A DNA stretch of 64,000 bases from an uncultured Gemmatimonadaceae bacterium (GTDB lineage Bacteria; Gemmatimonadota; Gemmatimonadetes; Gemmatimonadales; GWC2-71-9). Location of the stretch: NCBI GenBank assembly GCA_964465315.1, contig CAYXIK010000001.1, positions 67,107-131,106 on the forward strand. The letters are read 5' to 3'. The position numbers and the translations under genes are program-made. Positions 1-8,737 of this stretch are shown here, piece after piece (the first letter of the stretch is position 1; each line of letters opens with the position of its first letter). The notes under the pieces are model-generated. The model searched no databases. It was not told where the DNA came from and was given only the letters and a program-made list of their open reading frames with translations.

Positions 1-679
1 AATTGGTCACGTTCTGCCAGCCCTCGTAAGCCCAGAGAACGCCCAACAGCCCGACGCCGGCGGCGGAGAGTGACGCCGCGGTAATGGGCGTGGTGAACGC
101 GCGCGTATCGGCGTGATGGAACCCGTCCCCCAACGCGAAGCCCGCGACCGCGAGAGCGAGAATCGCTGCCACCTTGAGCACGGTGCTCCAGTTCTGTACC
201 GAGGCGGCGTGACGGACCCCGCGGATGTTGACGGCGGTGACGGCACCGATCATCGCGACGGACGCGATCTTGTGGGCCACCGGGGTGAGCGGGGTGAGCT
301 CCCCCACGTAGTTCGCGAATGCGACCGCGAGTGTCGCGGTGGAGCCGGTGTTGATCGCCAGAAACAAGGTCCAGCCGAGCAGGAAGGCGGGCATGCGGCC
401 GAACGCCTCGCGCACGTAGACGTAGCTGCCCCCCGCGTCGGGGAGCATGGCGCCGAGCTCGCCGAACGTGAGCGCGCCGAGCAGGGCGAGTACGCTCCCG
501 ACGACCCAGACCACCAGAGCTACGCCGACGTCTCCATCCGACTGGCGCAGCACCGCCCCCGGTACGGTAAAGATGCCCGAGCCGATCGTGGTGCCTACGA
601 CGATGAGGACGAGGTCGCGGAGCGTCAGGACGCGGGCCAGCTCCCGCGTCGTACCCGCGACGTTAGAGCTCGCGGGCAA
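1..679 (-). CDS. APC-superfamily amino acid permease, 5' part only (gene continues past the left edge)
   Basis: This minus-strand frame is absent from the ORF track because it has no stop inside the window. My translation reads ...RELARVLTLRDLVLIVVGTTIGSGIFTVPGAVLRQSDGDVGVALVVWVVGSVLAL..., the TM1 GSGIF-type signature of APC permeases. There is no ATG. The start is probably TTG ~679 or GTG ~715, overlapping the 3' end of the upstream gene. Confidence 0.75.
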   Translation of the reverse strand, partial: MPASSNVAGTTRELARVLTLRDLVLIVVGTTIGSGIFTVPGAVLRQSDGDVGVALVVWVVGSVLALLGALTFGELGAMLPDAGGSYVYVREAFGRMPAFLLGWTLFLAINTGSTATLAVAFANYVGELTPLTPVAHKIASVAMIGAVTAVNIRGVRHAASVQNWSTVLKVAAILALAVAGFALGDGFHHADTRAFTTPITAASLSAAGVGLLGVLWAYEGWQNVTN

Positions 680-1697
680 TTGCCTTGGCCACTTGTGCGG
701 TCGTCGCCTTGCCACCGATATCGGGCGTTCGCAAGCCGGCGGCGAGCGTCTGCTTCACCGCCCCCTCGAGATCCCGAGCCGCTTCCGGGTGGCCCAGCTG
801 CTCGAACATGAGGGCGCCCGTCAGCGCGGCGGCCATCGGGTTCGCGATGCCCTTGCCCGTGAGCGGCGGCGCCGAGCCGTGCACCGGCTCGAACAACCCC
901 GCCCGCCCAGGGTGAAGATTGGCGCTGGCGGCGAGTCCGAGCCCGCCGACCAAACCGGCACCCAGGTCCGAGAGGATATCGCCATAAAGATTGTTGGTGA
1001 CGATTACTTGGAACCGCTCGGGCTCGCGCACCATCTCCATCGCGAGGGCGTCCACGTAGCGGTGCTCGGCTTCGATGCCGGCGAACTCGGCGGCGACGCG
1101 CTTGAAGGTCTCCTGCCAGACTCGGTGGGCGGGCACGGCGTTCGCTTTGTCGCTCATTGTCACGCGGGTCTTCTTGTGCGTCTTGGCCCATTGGAACGCG
1201 GCCCGGATGATCCGCTCGACGCCTTTGGCCGTGTTTACTTCCTCCGCGACGTACTCGTCCCCGGCGATCCGGCCGCGCCCGAGGTAGACGCCTTCCGTGT
1301 TCTCGCGGAAGATGGTGAAATCGATGGCGCGATCGTCGCCGCGCAATGGCGTGAGGTCCCGGTGGAGCAGGGTGACGGGGCGAAAGTTGATGTACAGATC
1401 GAGCTTGAACCGCAGTCCGAGGAGAATGTCGCGGGCGTGCTCGTTCCCCGGCACCCGCGGGTCCCCGATGGCGCCGAGCAGAATGGCGTCGACGTCGTCC
1501 CGGAGGTGCCAGAACGCGGCGTCGGGGAGCGTCTCCCTGGTGCTGAGGTAGTGATCGGCTCCGTAGGGGAGTCGCTCGAAGTCGAGCGTGAATCCGTGCT
1601 TCCCCGCCGCCCGCTCGAGCACCGGGATCGCCGCCTCGATCACCTCCGGCCCGATCCCGTCTCCGGCGATGACGGCGATCTTGTGGTCGTGCTTCAC
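663..1697 (-). CDS. Isocitrate/isopropylmalate dehydrogenase-family enzyme (tartrate dehydrogenase- or LeuB-like)
   Basis: 344 aa. It has a KIAVIAGDGIGPEV N-terminus and the NLYGDILSDL and HGSAP motifs of beta-decarboxylating dehydrogenases. The GTG start sits inside a GTGA overlap with the upstream stop. Confidence 0.85.
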   Translation of the reverse strand: MKHDHKIAVIAGDGIGPEVIEAAIPVLERAAGKHGFTLDFERLPYGADHYLSTRETLPDAAFWHLRDDVDAILLGAIGDPRVPGNEHARDILLGLRFKLDLYINFRPVTLLHRDLTPLRGDDRAIDFTIFRENTEGVYLGRGRIAGDEYVAEEVNTAKGVERIIRAAFQWAKTHKKTRVTMSDKANAVPAHRVWQETFKRVAAEFAGIEAEHRYVDALAMEMVREPERFQVIVTNNLYGDILSDLGAGLVGGLGLAASANLHPGRAGLFEPVHGSAPPLTGKGIANPMAAALTGALMFEQLGHPEAARDLEGAVKQTLAAGLRTPDIGGKATTAQVAKAIAREL

Positions 1698-2362
1698 TCG
1701 AACCCAGTCGCCCGGCCGCAGCTCACGCAGTAGCGCCAGCCGACGTCCACCTCACCACCGCAGGCCGGGCAGCGCAGCTCACCGGAGGGTGGCTGCCCGC
1801 ATTGCGGGCAGAAGTTGACTTTGCGGCTCCCGGGCAGGGTCTCGCCGCAGTAGGGGCACTGCCGCGGGGACTCGCTCTGCTCGGCGAGCTCGAACGCCGC
1901 CCCGGCGAGGGGCGGCTTCTCGTCGCCACCCTCCTCTTCCTCTTGATCGGCACTCTCGGCCGACCCCGGCGACGCGGACAGGGGTGGAGGCGGCGGTGGC
2001 GCGAACGCGCGCTCGCCTCGGAGAAAGCGCTCGGCGGCGAGCCGGTTGAGGCTCAGGATCGCGTCCGGGAATTGCCGGAACAACGCCGTATCGGGATTCG
2101 ACTCGGCCGTCTCCCGCTCGAGCGCGTCCCGCACTTCGGCCGGCTCGAGCGACGCGTAGCCGCGCTCCCCGGCCAGGAGTCGCAACACGGCCATTTCGTA
2201 GTCCTGGTGCGTCGCCACCTTCAGGATCGAGCGGTTCGACCGGTAGGGCACCAGCCGCTCGTAGACCTCGGACGCGGGGAACGGGACGGCGAGGCGGCCG
2301 GGCGCGTCGTCGGCGAGCACGCTCACGAGTCGCTCGAACAGCCGATCGAGGTCGTCCGGCAT
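1694..2362 (-). CDS. Zinc-ribbon domain protein of unknown function
   Basis: Track ORF 1694..2536 trimmed to ATG 2362 (TAATG overlap with the upstream stop). An N-terminal globular part is followed by a Pro/acidic linker, then CPYCG..CPQCG and CPACG..CVSCG ribbons. Confidence 0.6.
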   Translation of the reverse strand: MPDDLDRLFERLVSVLADDAPGRLAVPFPASEVYERLVPYRSNRSILKVATHQDYEMAVLRLLAGERGYASLEPAEVRDALERETAESNPDTALFRQFPDAILSLNRLAAERFLRGERAFAPPPPPPLSASPGSAESADQEEEEGGDEKPPLAGAAFELAEQSESPRQCPYCGETLPGSRKVNFCPQCGQPPSGELRCPACGGEVDVGWRYCVSCGRATGFE

Positions 2363-3429
2363 TACTTGACGATCACCACGCCTCTCATGAACGGGTGCGG
2401 CGTGCAGTGGTAGGTGTAGGGCCCTGGCTTGTCGAAGCGGTGCGCGTAGCTGCCGTTCGGCGGGATCACTGGCGAGCCGGCTTCGGCGCCGCCGTCGAAC
2501 GTGACTGTGTGCTCGATCGGGTCCGCGTTGGTCCACCGCACCGCTTGGCCAACGGCGATCGTGACCGAGTCGCCGAGGAATTTCACGCTCGAGATCCGCA
2601 CCTCTGCCCCGATCGCCGCTCCACCGGTGCTCCCTAGGGCGACGGGCTTTGGTGACTTATGAAACCAGGGGCTAAAGCGCTTGAGGTGGAGGGGAATGGT
2701 GAACTCGAAGCCGTAGAGAACGTTCTTTGGAGATGCGATCCCCTCGGAATTGCCCTGGATTGTCCCGCTGATGGCGTTGCTCGCCTGAAGCGAAAACGTG
2801 TGAGGGGATCCCGGGATCAGAAAGTTGATCGCGGCGCTCCACGCGGCGCGAACCGTAGGGCTGACGAACGACCCGAGGTCGGCGCTCAAGGCGATGTACT
2901 GGGTCAGACGGGCATTGAGCCCGCCGGCGAACGCCCCTGCCGCATTCCCTCGCTCGCCGAGCCGGCGGGACATCGCGCGCGCCGTGCCGTGTAGCGTGAA
3001 CCATTCGCGCGTCCAATCTATGCCGAGCTCGCCGTCGACGCTCTTTGCAAGGAGGTTGTACGCGGGCGTTATGGCCACGCCGAACCCCGGACGACCCTCG
3101 GTGCCATACAGGCGCCAGCGGCCGTACAATTCTGTCTCATTACTGGAGTTCGAACCGCTTCCGGCTCCGACGAGGAGCGAGCGTGTCGCGAATCGCGCGC
3201 CCATCGCGAGCTGATGCCCGAAGCCTGCAGCAAAGGTGAAGTTCGGAAAGTTCACCACCGCATGATCAGGAGCGGGGTCGACGTAAAAGCGGTGCACGAA
3301 ATTGAACTGCACCACGCCACCGTCGGGCACCCAGGTGCCTCCCAGGTTGGGCGGGCGGTATAGGAGCGACTGTGCGCCGAGTGGCCATGCAGCCGCGAAG
3401 ACGAGCAAAGCGAACGAGGCACGGTTCAC
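2362..3429 (-). CDS. Secreted beta-barrel-like domain fused to a C-terminal type-1 copper (amicyanin-like cupredoxin) domain
   Basis: Trimmed to GTG 3429, which lies 7 nt after AGGAGG. Signal peptide VNRASFALLVFAAAWPLGAQS. About 250 aa of alternating-hydrophobic strands end in ...FEFTIPLHLKRF. The C-terminus reads ...EHTVTF...YTYHCTPHPFMRGVVIVK, the His/Cys/His/Met copper loop CTPHPFM as in amicyanin. Confidence 0.7.
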   Translation of the reverse strand: MNRASFALLVFAAAWPLGAQSLLYRPPNLGGTWVPDGGVVQFNFVHRFYVDPAPDHAVVNFPNFTFAAGFGHQLAMGARFATRSLLVGAGSGSNSSNETELYGRWRLYGTEGRPGFGVAITPAYNLLAKSVDGELGIDWTREWFTLHGTARAMSRRLGERGNAAGAFAGGLNARLTQYIALSADLGSFVSPTVRAAWSAAINFLIPGSPHTFSLQASNAISGTIQGNSEGIASPKNVLYGFEFTIPLHLKRFSPWFHKSPKPVALGSTGGAAIGAEVRISSVKFLGDSVTIAVGQAVRWTNADPIEHTVTFDGGAEAGSPVIPPNGSYAHRFDKPGPYTYHCTPHPFMRGVVIVK

Positions 3430-3451
3430 GACGATTCCTCCTGGGAAGTGT

Positions 3452-3955
3452 TCACCGCCACTCACGCACCCATTTGTCGTACAGGACCGGCACCACGCCT
3501 CCCTGCTGCAGGACCTCGATCCCCGACGGGTCGCGATAGGCTTTCCGATAGAACACGTGCGTCACGCCCGAATTGATGATCAGCTTGGCGCACATCACGC
3601 AGGGCGACGCGCTGATGAACACGACCTTGTCACGCGCGCTCCCCGGCGCCTTGACCAGCGCGTTCATCTCCGAGTGAATGCACCCACAGTTCCCGGGAAC
3701 GGCCGAGTCGCACTTGTTGGGGAGGCCCCGCGCGTTGCCGTTGTATCCGATCGCGAGCACGTTCTCGAGCGCCTGGTCGGTGACGACCGTGCCCACTTGG
3801 AGCCGCGCGCACGTGGAGCGCTTCGCGAGCTCCTCGGCCATCCGCGTATATACCTCGTACAACGGGATCCGCTCGACCGCTGGCGCGGGCACGCCGTCCG
3901 CGAGGACGTTCAGGAAGTGCGTATTGGCCGGCACGCCGTCCTTAGCGACGCTCAT
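3452..3955 (-). CDS. dCMP (deoxycytidylate) deaminase, ComEB type
   Basis: 167 aa with the zinc motifs CIHSEMNA and PCVMCAK of the cytidine/deoxycytidylate deaminase fold. Confidence 0.85.
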   Translation of the reverse strand: MSVAKDGVPANTHFLNVLADGVPAPAVERIPLYEVYTRMAEELAKRSTCARLQVGTVVTDQALENVLAIGYNGNARGLPNKCDSAVPGNCGCIHSEMNALVKAPGSARDKVVFISASPCVMCAKLIINSGVTHVFYRKAYRDPSGIEVLQQGGVVPVLYDKWVREWR

Positions 3956-4529
3956 GCAGCTCCTGATCCGGATCGTAATCGACGTAATGACCGCGGGCCC
4001 GCTTGTGATCGAGCCAGGTGTCGAAACCCGACGGCACCAGGCCGTTGGAGCGCTCCTGACGCTCGGCGGCCCGGACGGCGAGATCGTTCGCGTACTCGTT
4101 CTTGGCGTGGCCGGCGTGCCCCTCGATCCAGCGCCACGTGACTCGGTGGGCGGCGGCCGCCTGCACGAGCTTCTGCCACAGCTCCAAATTCTCGAGGGTA
4201 CCGCCCTTCCGCTTCCACCCCCGCGCCTCCCAGCCCGTCACCCATTCGGTCATGCCCTTGATCAGGTACTGTGAGTCGGAGACGTACCCGACCGTCGCGT
4301 GCTGCCACTGCCGGCGGATCCACTCGAGCGCGGCGATCGCACCCGCGAGCGCCATCTTGTTGTTGGTCGTTTGAGGAGAGTACTCGTAGAAGTCCCACCG
4401 CGCCACGCTGTCCCCGGCTGGAGCCTCGATCAGCGCCGCGTTCCCGCCGGGGCTCGGCTTGGAGCTGTCGTTTCCGAGGCAGCTTTCGTCGGCGTGCACC
4501 AGGACACTGGTGGTGGGCGCACCGGCCAT
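3942..4529 (-). CDS. rnhA: Ribonuclease HI with a C-terminal extension
   Basis: 195 aa with HADESCLGN (DxSC active-site start), NNKMALAGAI, SDSQYLI and WIEGHAGHAKNEYAD motifs of type-1 RNase H. Confidence 0.85.
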   Translation of the reverse strand: MAGAPTTSVLVHADESCLGNDSSKPSPGGNAALIEAPAGDSVARWDFYEYSPQTTNNKMALAGAIAALEWIRRQWQHATVGYVSDSQYLIKGMTEWVTGWEARGWKRKGGTLENLELWQKLVQAAAAHRVTWRWIEGHAGHAKNEYANDLAVRAAERQERSNGLVPSGFDTWLDHKRARGHYVDYDPDQELHERR

Positions 4530-4530
4530 G

Positions 4531-5283
4531 TCAGGGCTGGATGACCACCGGAATGTCGGTGTGGCGCAGGATCTCCTCGGCGTGGGACACGACCACGGCG
4601 CTGGGCCGGCCCTCCCGGTGACTCATGTGGGCGCCCGCGAACAGCGCATCGCAGCGGGTTCGCTTGACGACGCTCGCGACCACTTCACCCGGCTTCCCGG
4701 GCTCGACGTGCGTCACGAACGGCACGCGTTGCATGGAGAGCGTCGCCTCGGCCACCCCGACCACTTTGAGCCCAGCCTCGCGGTCGGCGTTGGCGTGAAC
4801 GATGTGGACGGTGCTCTCGGCCACGCTGGCGAACTGCATCGCGAGTTCGAGCGCCCGGCGACTCGTGTCGCGTCCGTCGAAGGCGATCGCAATCGACCGC
4901 ATGGGCGAGGGCAGGCCACCGCACACGATCACACAGCGCTCCGCGATCCGAATGAGCGAGGCGACGGTCGGCCCGAGCGCGTCTCCTTTGGTGGTGACGC
5001 CGCGGCGCCCAACGAGCACGGCGTCGGCGGTCTTGGCGAGCTCGGCGAGCTCCACATCGGCGTGACCCGTGAGCCCGGTGATCTCCACGTGGAGGCCGGC
5101 CGCAACCACCCGCTCGCGGGCCCGGTCCAGCATGGCGGGACCGTCCGTCTCTCGCCCGTCCGGCTCCTTCACGTAGGCCACGATGATCGTGCTGCCGAAG
5201 CGCTTGCCGAGAAGCACTGCCTGCTCGAACGCCGCGTCCGCCCTCGGGCTGCCGTCGAGTCCCACGAGCAGGCGAGTGAACAT
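4531..5283 (-). CDS. Universal stress protein, tandem USP domains
   Basis: 250 aa made of two USP-like halves (LLVGLDGSPRAD... and IAIAFDGRDTSRRAL...). Confidence 0.8.
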   Translation of the reverse strand: MFTRLLVGLDGSPRADAAFEQAVLLGKRFGSTIIVAYVKEPDGRETDGPAMLDRARERVVAAGLHVEITGLTGHADVELAELAKTADAVLVGRRGVTTKGDALGPTVASLIRIAERCVIVCGGLPSPMRSIAIAFDGRDTSRRALELAMQFASVAESTVHIVHANADREAGLKVVGVAEATLSMQRVPFVTHVEPGKPGEVVASVVKRTRCDALFAGAHMSHREGRPSAVVVSHAEEILRHTDIPVVIQP

Positions 5284-5285
5284 CG

Positions 5286-5522
5286 CTAGGGCAAAACCGC
5301 GAAGGATTCGAGGTCGCGCAGTGGGAACGCCAGCAGCTCTCCCGTCATCGGAAGCCTTCCCTGGAGCGCCTCGTCACGTTCGAGCGTGTCGAGCCGCTCC
5401 GCGACCACCACGTACTCCGTGCCCCGCCGCCGTAGCGCTACCCGGCGACGCTCCCGAACAGCGCGCTCTAGCGCGTCGAGGGCATCCGGCGTGAGACTCG
5501 TAAACTCGAGAATCGCGCTCAT
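5286..5522 (-). CDS. Small hypothetical protein (78 aa)
   Basis: Track ORF 5286..5540 trimmed to ATG 5522, 5 nt after the selD stop. No motif recognised. It sits between selD and the USP gene on the same strand. Confidence 0.45.
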   Translation of the reverse strand: MSAILEFTSLTPDALDALERAVRERRRVALRRRGTEYVVVAERLDTLERDEALQGRLPMTGELLAFPLRDLESFAVLP

Positions 5523-5527
5523 GTGTC

Positions 5528-6589
5528 TCACCGGACCCAAATGTGACCGGCCTGCCCGCCGATGACGCGCCCGATGACGACCGCCACCGGTGTGGCCTCT
5601 CGCTCGAGCGACGTCACGAGCGCGCCAGCGCGCTCGGACGCGACGGAGATGAGCAGGCCACCCGACGTCTGCGCATCCGAAAGCAGCAGACGGACGGTCG
5701 CGTCGACACCGGGCGCGAACGTGACCGTCGCGGCGGCGCTCTCCACGTTGCGCGTCGTGCCACCCGGGACCGCCCCGCGCGCCGCGAGCTCGCGAGCCCC
5801 CTTGAGGAGCGGCACCGCGGCTGCCTCGATCTCGGCTTCCATCTTGCTCGCCTCGAGGAGCGTCCGCAAATGGCCGAGCAGCCCGAACCCGGTGACGTCC
5901 GTGGCGGCGTGGACCGCGTCGCCGACGGCGAGCATGGCACGCGCGGCACCGGCGTTCAATGTGGTCATGGTCGACACCGCTTCCGCGAGGTCAGCCTCGC
6001 TCACGAGATCGCGTTTGAGCGCCGTGGTCAAGACCCCGGTACCGAGCGGCTTCGTGAGCACGAGAACGTCTCCGGGCTTCGCCCCGGCATTGGTGACGAT
6101 CTTGTCCGGGTGAGTCTCACCGATGGCGGCCATGCCGTACTTGGGCTCGGGGTCGTCCACAGAGTGCCCGCCGAGGACGAAGGCGCCGGCGGCGCGCGCG
6201 ATGTCCGCGCCCCCGCGGATCACCTCGCCCAACAGCTCGAATGGAAGCCCTTCGCGCGGCCAGCCCACGAGGTTGAGCGCGAAGAGCGGCGTCGCGCCCA
6301 TGGCGTAGAGATCCGAGAGCGCATTGGTCGCGGCGATACGCCCGAAGTCGTACGGATCGTCCACGATCGGCGTGAAGAAGTCCACAGTCGCCACGATCGC
6401 GCGGTCGGGCGCCACCTGGAAGACGGCGGCGTCGTCGCGGCTCGCGGCGTCGACGAGGATCCGGGGATCCGTCGCGACCGGCACGTGGCGCAAGACCTGC
6501 GCCAACTCGGATGACCCGAGTTTGCAGGCTCAGCCCGCGCCGTGCGAGTAGCGCGTCAGCCGGATGGCGGTCATGGGTTCGGCAGACAT
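5528..6589 (-). CDS. selD: Selenide, water dikinase (selenophosphate synthetase), selenocysteine-containing; in-frame TGA at 6532..6530
   Basis: Track pieces 5528..6505 and the tail of 6530..6940 join in frame across a TGA: MSAEPMTAIRLTRYSHGAG-U-ACKLGSSELAQVLRHV... This matches E. coli SelD [15 protein letters not shown], with the TGA at the catalytic Cys position. The body has the PurM-like SelD motifs (DDAAV, DFFTPIVDDPYDFGRIAATNALSDLYAMG). The start could also be ATG 6574. Confidence 0.85.
6501..6525 (-). promoter_or_regulatory. SECIS-like hairpin immediately 3' of the selD UGA
   Basis: The minus-strand RNA reads UGA GCCU GC-A-AACUCGG GUCAU CCGAGUU-G-GC. That is a perfect 7-bp upper stem, a 5-nt G/U-containing loop, and 2 more base pairs after a 1-nt mismatch, starting 4 nt after the UGA. 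Confidence 0.7.
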
Positions 6590-6608
6590 AGGGTCTACCG
6601 AAGATACT

Positions 6609-7025
6609 CTATCGCAGTATCCAAGCGAGAATGGCGCCGGCGACGACGTACCGAGCCACGTCGCGGATCGCCCGAACGAGTGCTTCACGTCGTCGCCACG
6701 TGCCTTGCGGCGCGCCAGCGATCGAAGTGGTCGAGCCCTGCAGCTGGGCCAGCGATACGGTGAGACCGAGCAGCGAAAAAAGTACCCACCATTCGCCGTG
6801 TCCCAGCGAATTAAACCAAAGTGACGCGACGAGCGTGACTGCCGCCGCCTCCAAGGAGCGCCACAAGAAGTCCCATGTCGTAAACACCCAGACCTTCTCG
6901 GGCTTTGTCCACTCGTCCTGGCGGTCGGTGGCACTCGCACTCAAGAACCACGTCCCTAGGCCGCCGACAACAGTGAACACTGCCGCCACCGGTAACCACG
7001 CCAGGACGAGCCGCCCCAGCGTCAC
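6609..7025 (-). CDS. Small integral membrane protein (138 aa), unknown function
   Basis: Track ORF 6609..7448 trimmed to GTG 7025 (GTGA overlap with the upstream stop). It has several hydrophobic helices (LVLAWLPVAAVFTVVGGLGTWF, AAAVTLVASLWF, WWVLFSLLGLTVSLA, YVVAGAILAWIL). Confidence 0.5.
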   Translation of the reverse strand: MTLGRLVLAWLPVAAVFTVVGGLGTWFLSASATDRQDEWTKPEKVWVFTTWDFLWRSLEAAAVTLVASLWFNSLGHGEWWVLFSLLGLTVSLAQLQGSTTSIAGAPQGTWRRREALVRAIRDVARYVVAGAILAWILR

Positions 7026-8737
7026 CGCCGGCCGCGTGCCTCCGGAGGCACGTATCCGGGCCCGCGCAGGCCACGTCCCGGGCGCGCCGCGGCGAGCCTC
7101 CCGTGGTCGAGCACCTTCTTCCCGTTCACGAACACATACGCGAACCCGACCGACGGCTGGTGCGGCTGCTCGAATGTTGCTCTGTCGGCCACCGTCGCGG
7201 CATCGAACACGGTGATGTCGGCGGCCATGCCGGGCTTCAGCATCCCGCGGTCGTACAGGCCCACGCGCTGCGCGGCGAGCGCCGTCATCTTGCGCACCGC
7301 GAACTCGAGGGGGAAGAGCTTGAGGTCGCGCGAGTAGTGGCCGAGGATCCGGGCGAATGTGCCGTAGGCACGGGGGTGCGCGGACTGTGTGCCGAACGGC
7401 CCGTCCGGCGCCACCCCGCCGAAGTCGGTGTTCACCGCCACCCACCACGTTTTCATCGCTGCCTGGACGTCCGGCTCGTCCATCACGGCGTACACCGCAT
7501 CGGTCCGGTGACCGGCCTCCCCGAGCACGACGTCAAAAATCGTCTCGATCGGATCGCGGTGACGGGCCACCGCGATTTCCGCGATGGTCTTGCCCTGGAT
7601 GGGGCGCAACGAATCTTGGAACACGCCGGTGATGAGGATGCCCCCTCCCCCGCCCGCCTCGTTGTAGAACCCCTCCGTGCCATCCGTCGGGTGCAACATC
7701 TCCGCGTGGAGCCGGGCGCGGATCCGCGGATCGCGCAACCGCACGAGCAGCGAGTCCCAGCCGCCACTCTCGGCCCACGTGGGGATGCACGCGTCGAGGG
7801 ACGTGGCCGCCCGTGTGTACGGGTACTGATCCGCCGTGATGTCGAGTCCCGCGGCTCGAGCCGAGTCGATCTTGGCAAGCACGGCGGGCATCCTGCCCCA
7901 GCTCCGGCGCCCGGCGACCTTCAGGTGCGACACCTCGGCGGGGATGTCCGCCTCGCGGGCGATGCGGAACACCTCGTTCAAGGCGTCGTCGATGCGGGTG
8001 CCCTCGTTCCGCATATGCGACGCGTACACGCCACCGTGCCGGCGCGCCGCTTTGGCGAGCGCGATGAGCTCATCGGTCTTGGAATAGCTGGCGGGTGCGT
8101 ACTCGAGGGCGGTCCACAGGCCGAGGGCCCCCTGCTGCATCAGCGTATCGACGATCGCCGCCATGTGCGCGAGCTCTGCGTCCGTCGGCCCACGGTCATC
8201 CTTCCCCACCACGGCGAGCCGCACCTGCGTCGCCCCGACGAAGGTCGCGATGTTGAGGGCAGATCCCTGCTTCTCCAATTGCGCGAAGTAGCCGTCCAGA
8301 TCCCGCCAGTCCTCGCGATAATGCCACTTCTTCATCGCGTCGGAGTCGTCCAGCACCAGGCGGTCGGTGAGCGGCGCGACGGAGCCGCCCTCGCCCGTGA
8401 CCTCCGTGGTGACGCCCTGGGTGATCTTGCTCAGCACCCGATTGTCGATCAGGGCGTTGATTTCGGACTGGCCCATCATGTCGATGAACCCCGGGGCCAC
8501 GACCAGTCCGCGCACGTCTACGGTTTCGCGCGTGGGCGCGTCCCCCAGGGATCCCACGGCGACGATGTGATCGCCCCGGATGGCGACGTCGCCGCGATAC
8601 CGCGGGTTGCCGCTCCCATCGATGATCCACCCGTTCTTCAAGACGAGGTCGTAGCCGCCCCGCCCATCTCCGCCTCCCCCCGGGGGGCACGCCACGAGCG
8701 CGAGACCAGCCACGAGAGCCGACCCTATTTTGCCCAT
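7022..8737 (-). CDS. N-acyl-D-amino-acid deacylase (D-aminoacylase) family amidohydrolase, predicted lipoprotein
   Basis: Track ORF 7022..9322 trimmed to ATG 8737, which is preceded by GAGGAG. Signal peptide plus lipobox LALVAC. DLVLKNGWIIDGSGNP...APGFIDMMGQSE...YASHMRNEG...HLKVAG is typical of this family. Confidence 0.8.
   Translation of the reverse strand: MGKIGSALVAGLALVACPPGGGGDGRGGYDLVLKNGWIIDGSGNPRYRGDVAIRGDHIVAVGSLGDAPTRETVDVRGLVVAPGFIDMMGQSEINALIDNRVLSKITQGVTTEVTGEGGSVAPLTDRLVLDDSDAMKKWHYREDWRDLDGYFAQLEKQGSALNIATFVGATQVRLAVVGKDDRGPTDAELAHMAAIVDTLMQQGALGLWTALEYAPASYSKTDELIALAKAARRHGGVYASHMRNEGTRIDDALNEVFRIAREADIPAEVSHLKVAGRRSWGRMPAVLAKIDSARAAGLDITADQYPYTRAATSLDACIPTWAESGGWDSLLVRLRDPRIRARLHAEMLHPTDGTEGFYNEAGGGGGILITGVFQDSLRPIQGKTIAEIAVARHRDPIETIFDVVLGEAGHRTDAVYAVMDEPDVQAAMKTWWVAVNTDFGGVAPDGPFGTQSAHPRAYGTFARILGHYSRDLKLFPLEFAVRKMTALAAQRVGLYDRGMLKPGMAADITVFDAATVADRATFEQPHQPSVGFAYVFVNGKKVLDHGRLAAARPGRGLRGPGYVPPEARGRR

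Noticed and set aside
447-1733. Long ORFs antisense to well-supported genes. Examples are 447..1733 +, 7103..8761 +, 8974..10047 +, 11102..12499 -, 15991..17814 -, 31892..33004 -, 41993..42976 -, 43454..44845 +, 46607..48253 +, 51709..53391 + and 56922..58619 +.
   Set aside because: Their translations are Arg/Pro/Gly/Ala-rich low-complexity sequence with no motifs. Each lies opposite a gene with clear family signatures. Long stop-free antisense frames are expected at this GC content.
3452-4529. The overlapping dCMP deaminase and RNase H genes considered as a nucleotide-depletion type anti-phage module.
   Set aside because: Both are ordinary-sized housekeeping-type enzymes (a ComEB-type deaminase and RNase HI) embedded in a long co-directional core-gene array. 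There is no kinase-like or other defence-associated fusion domain and no mobile-element context.
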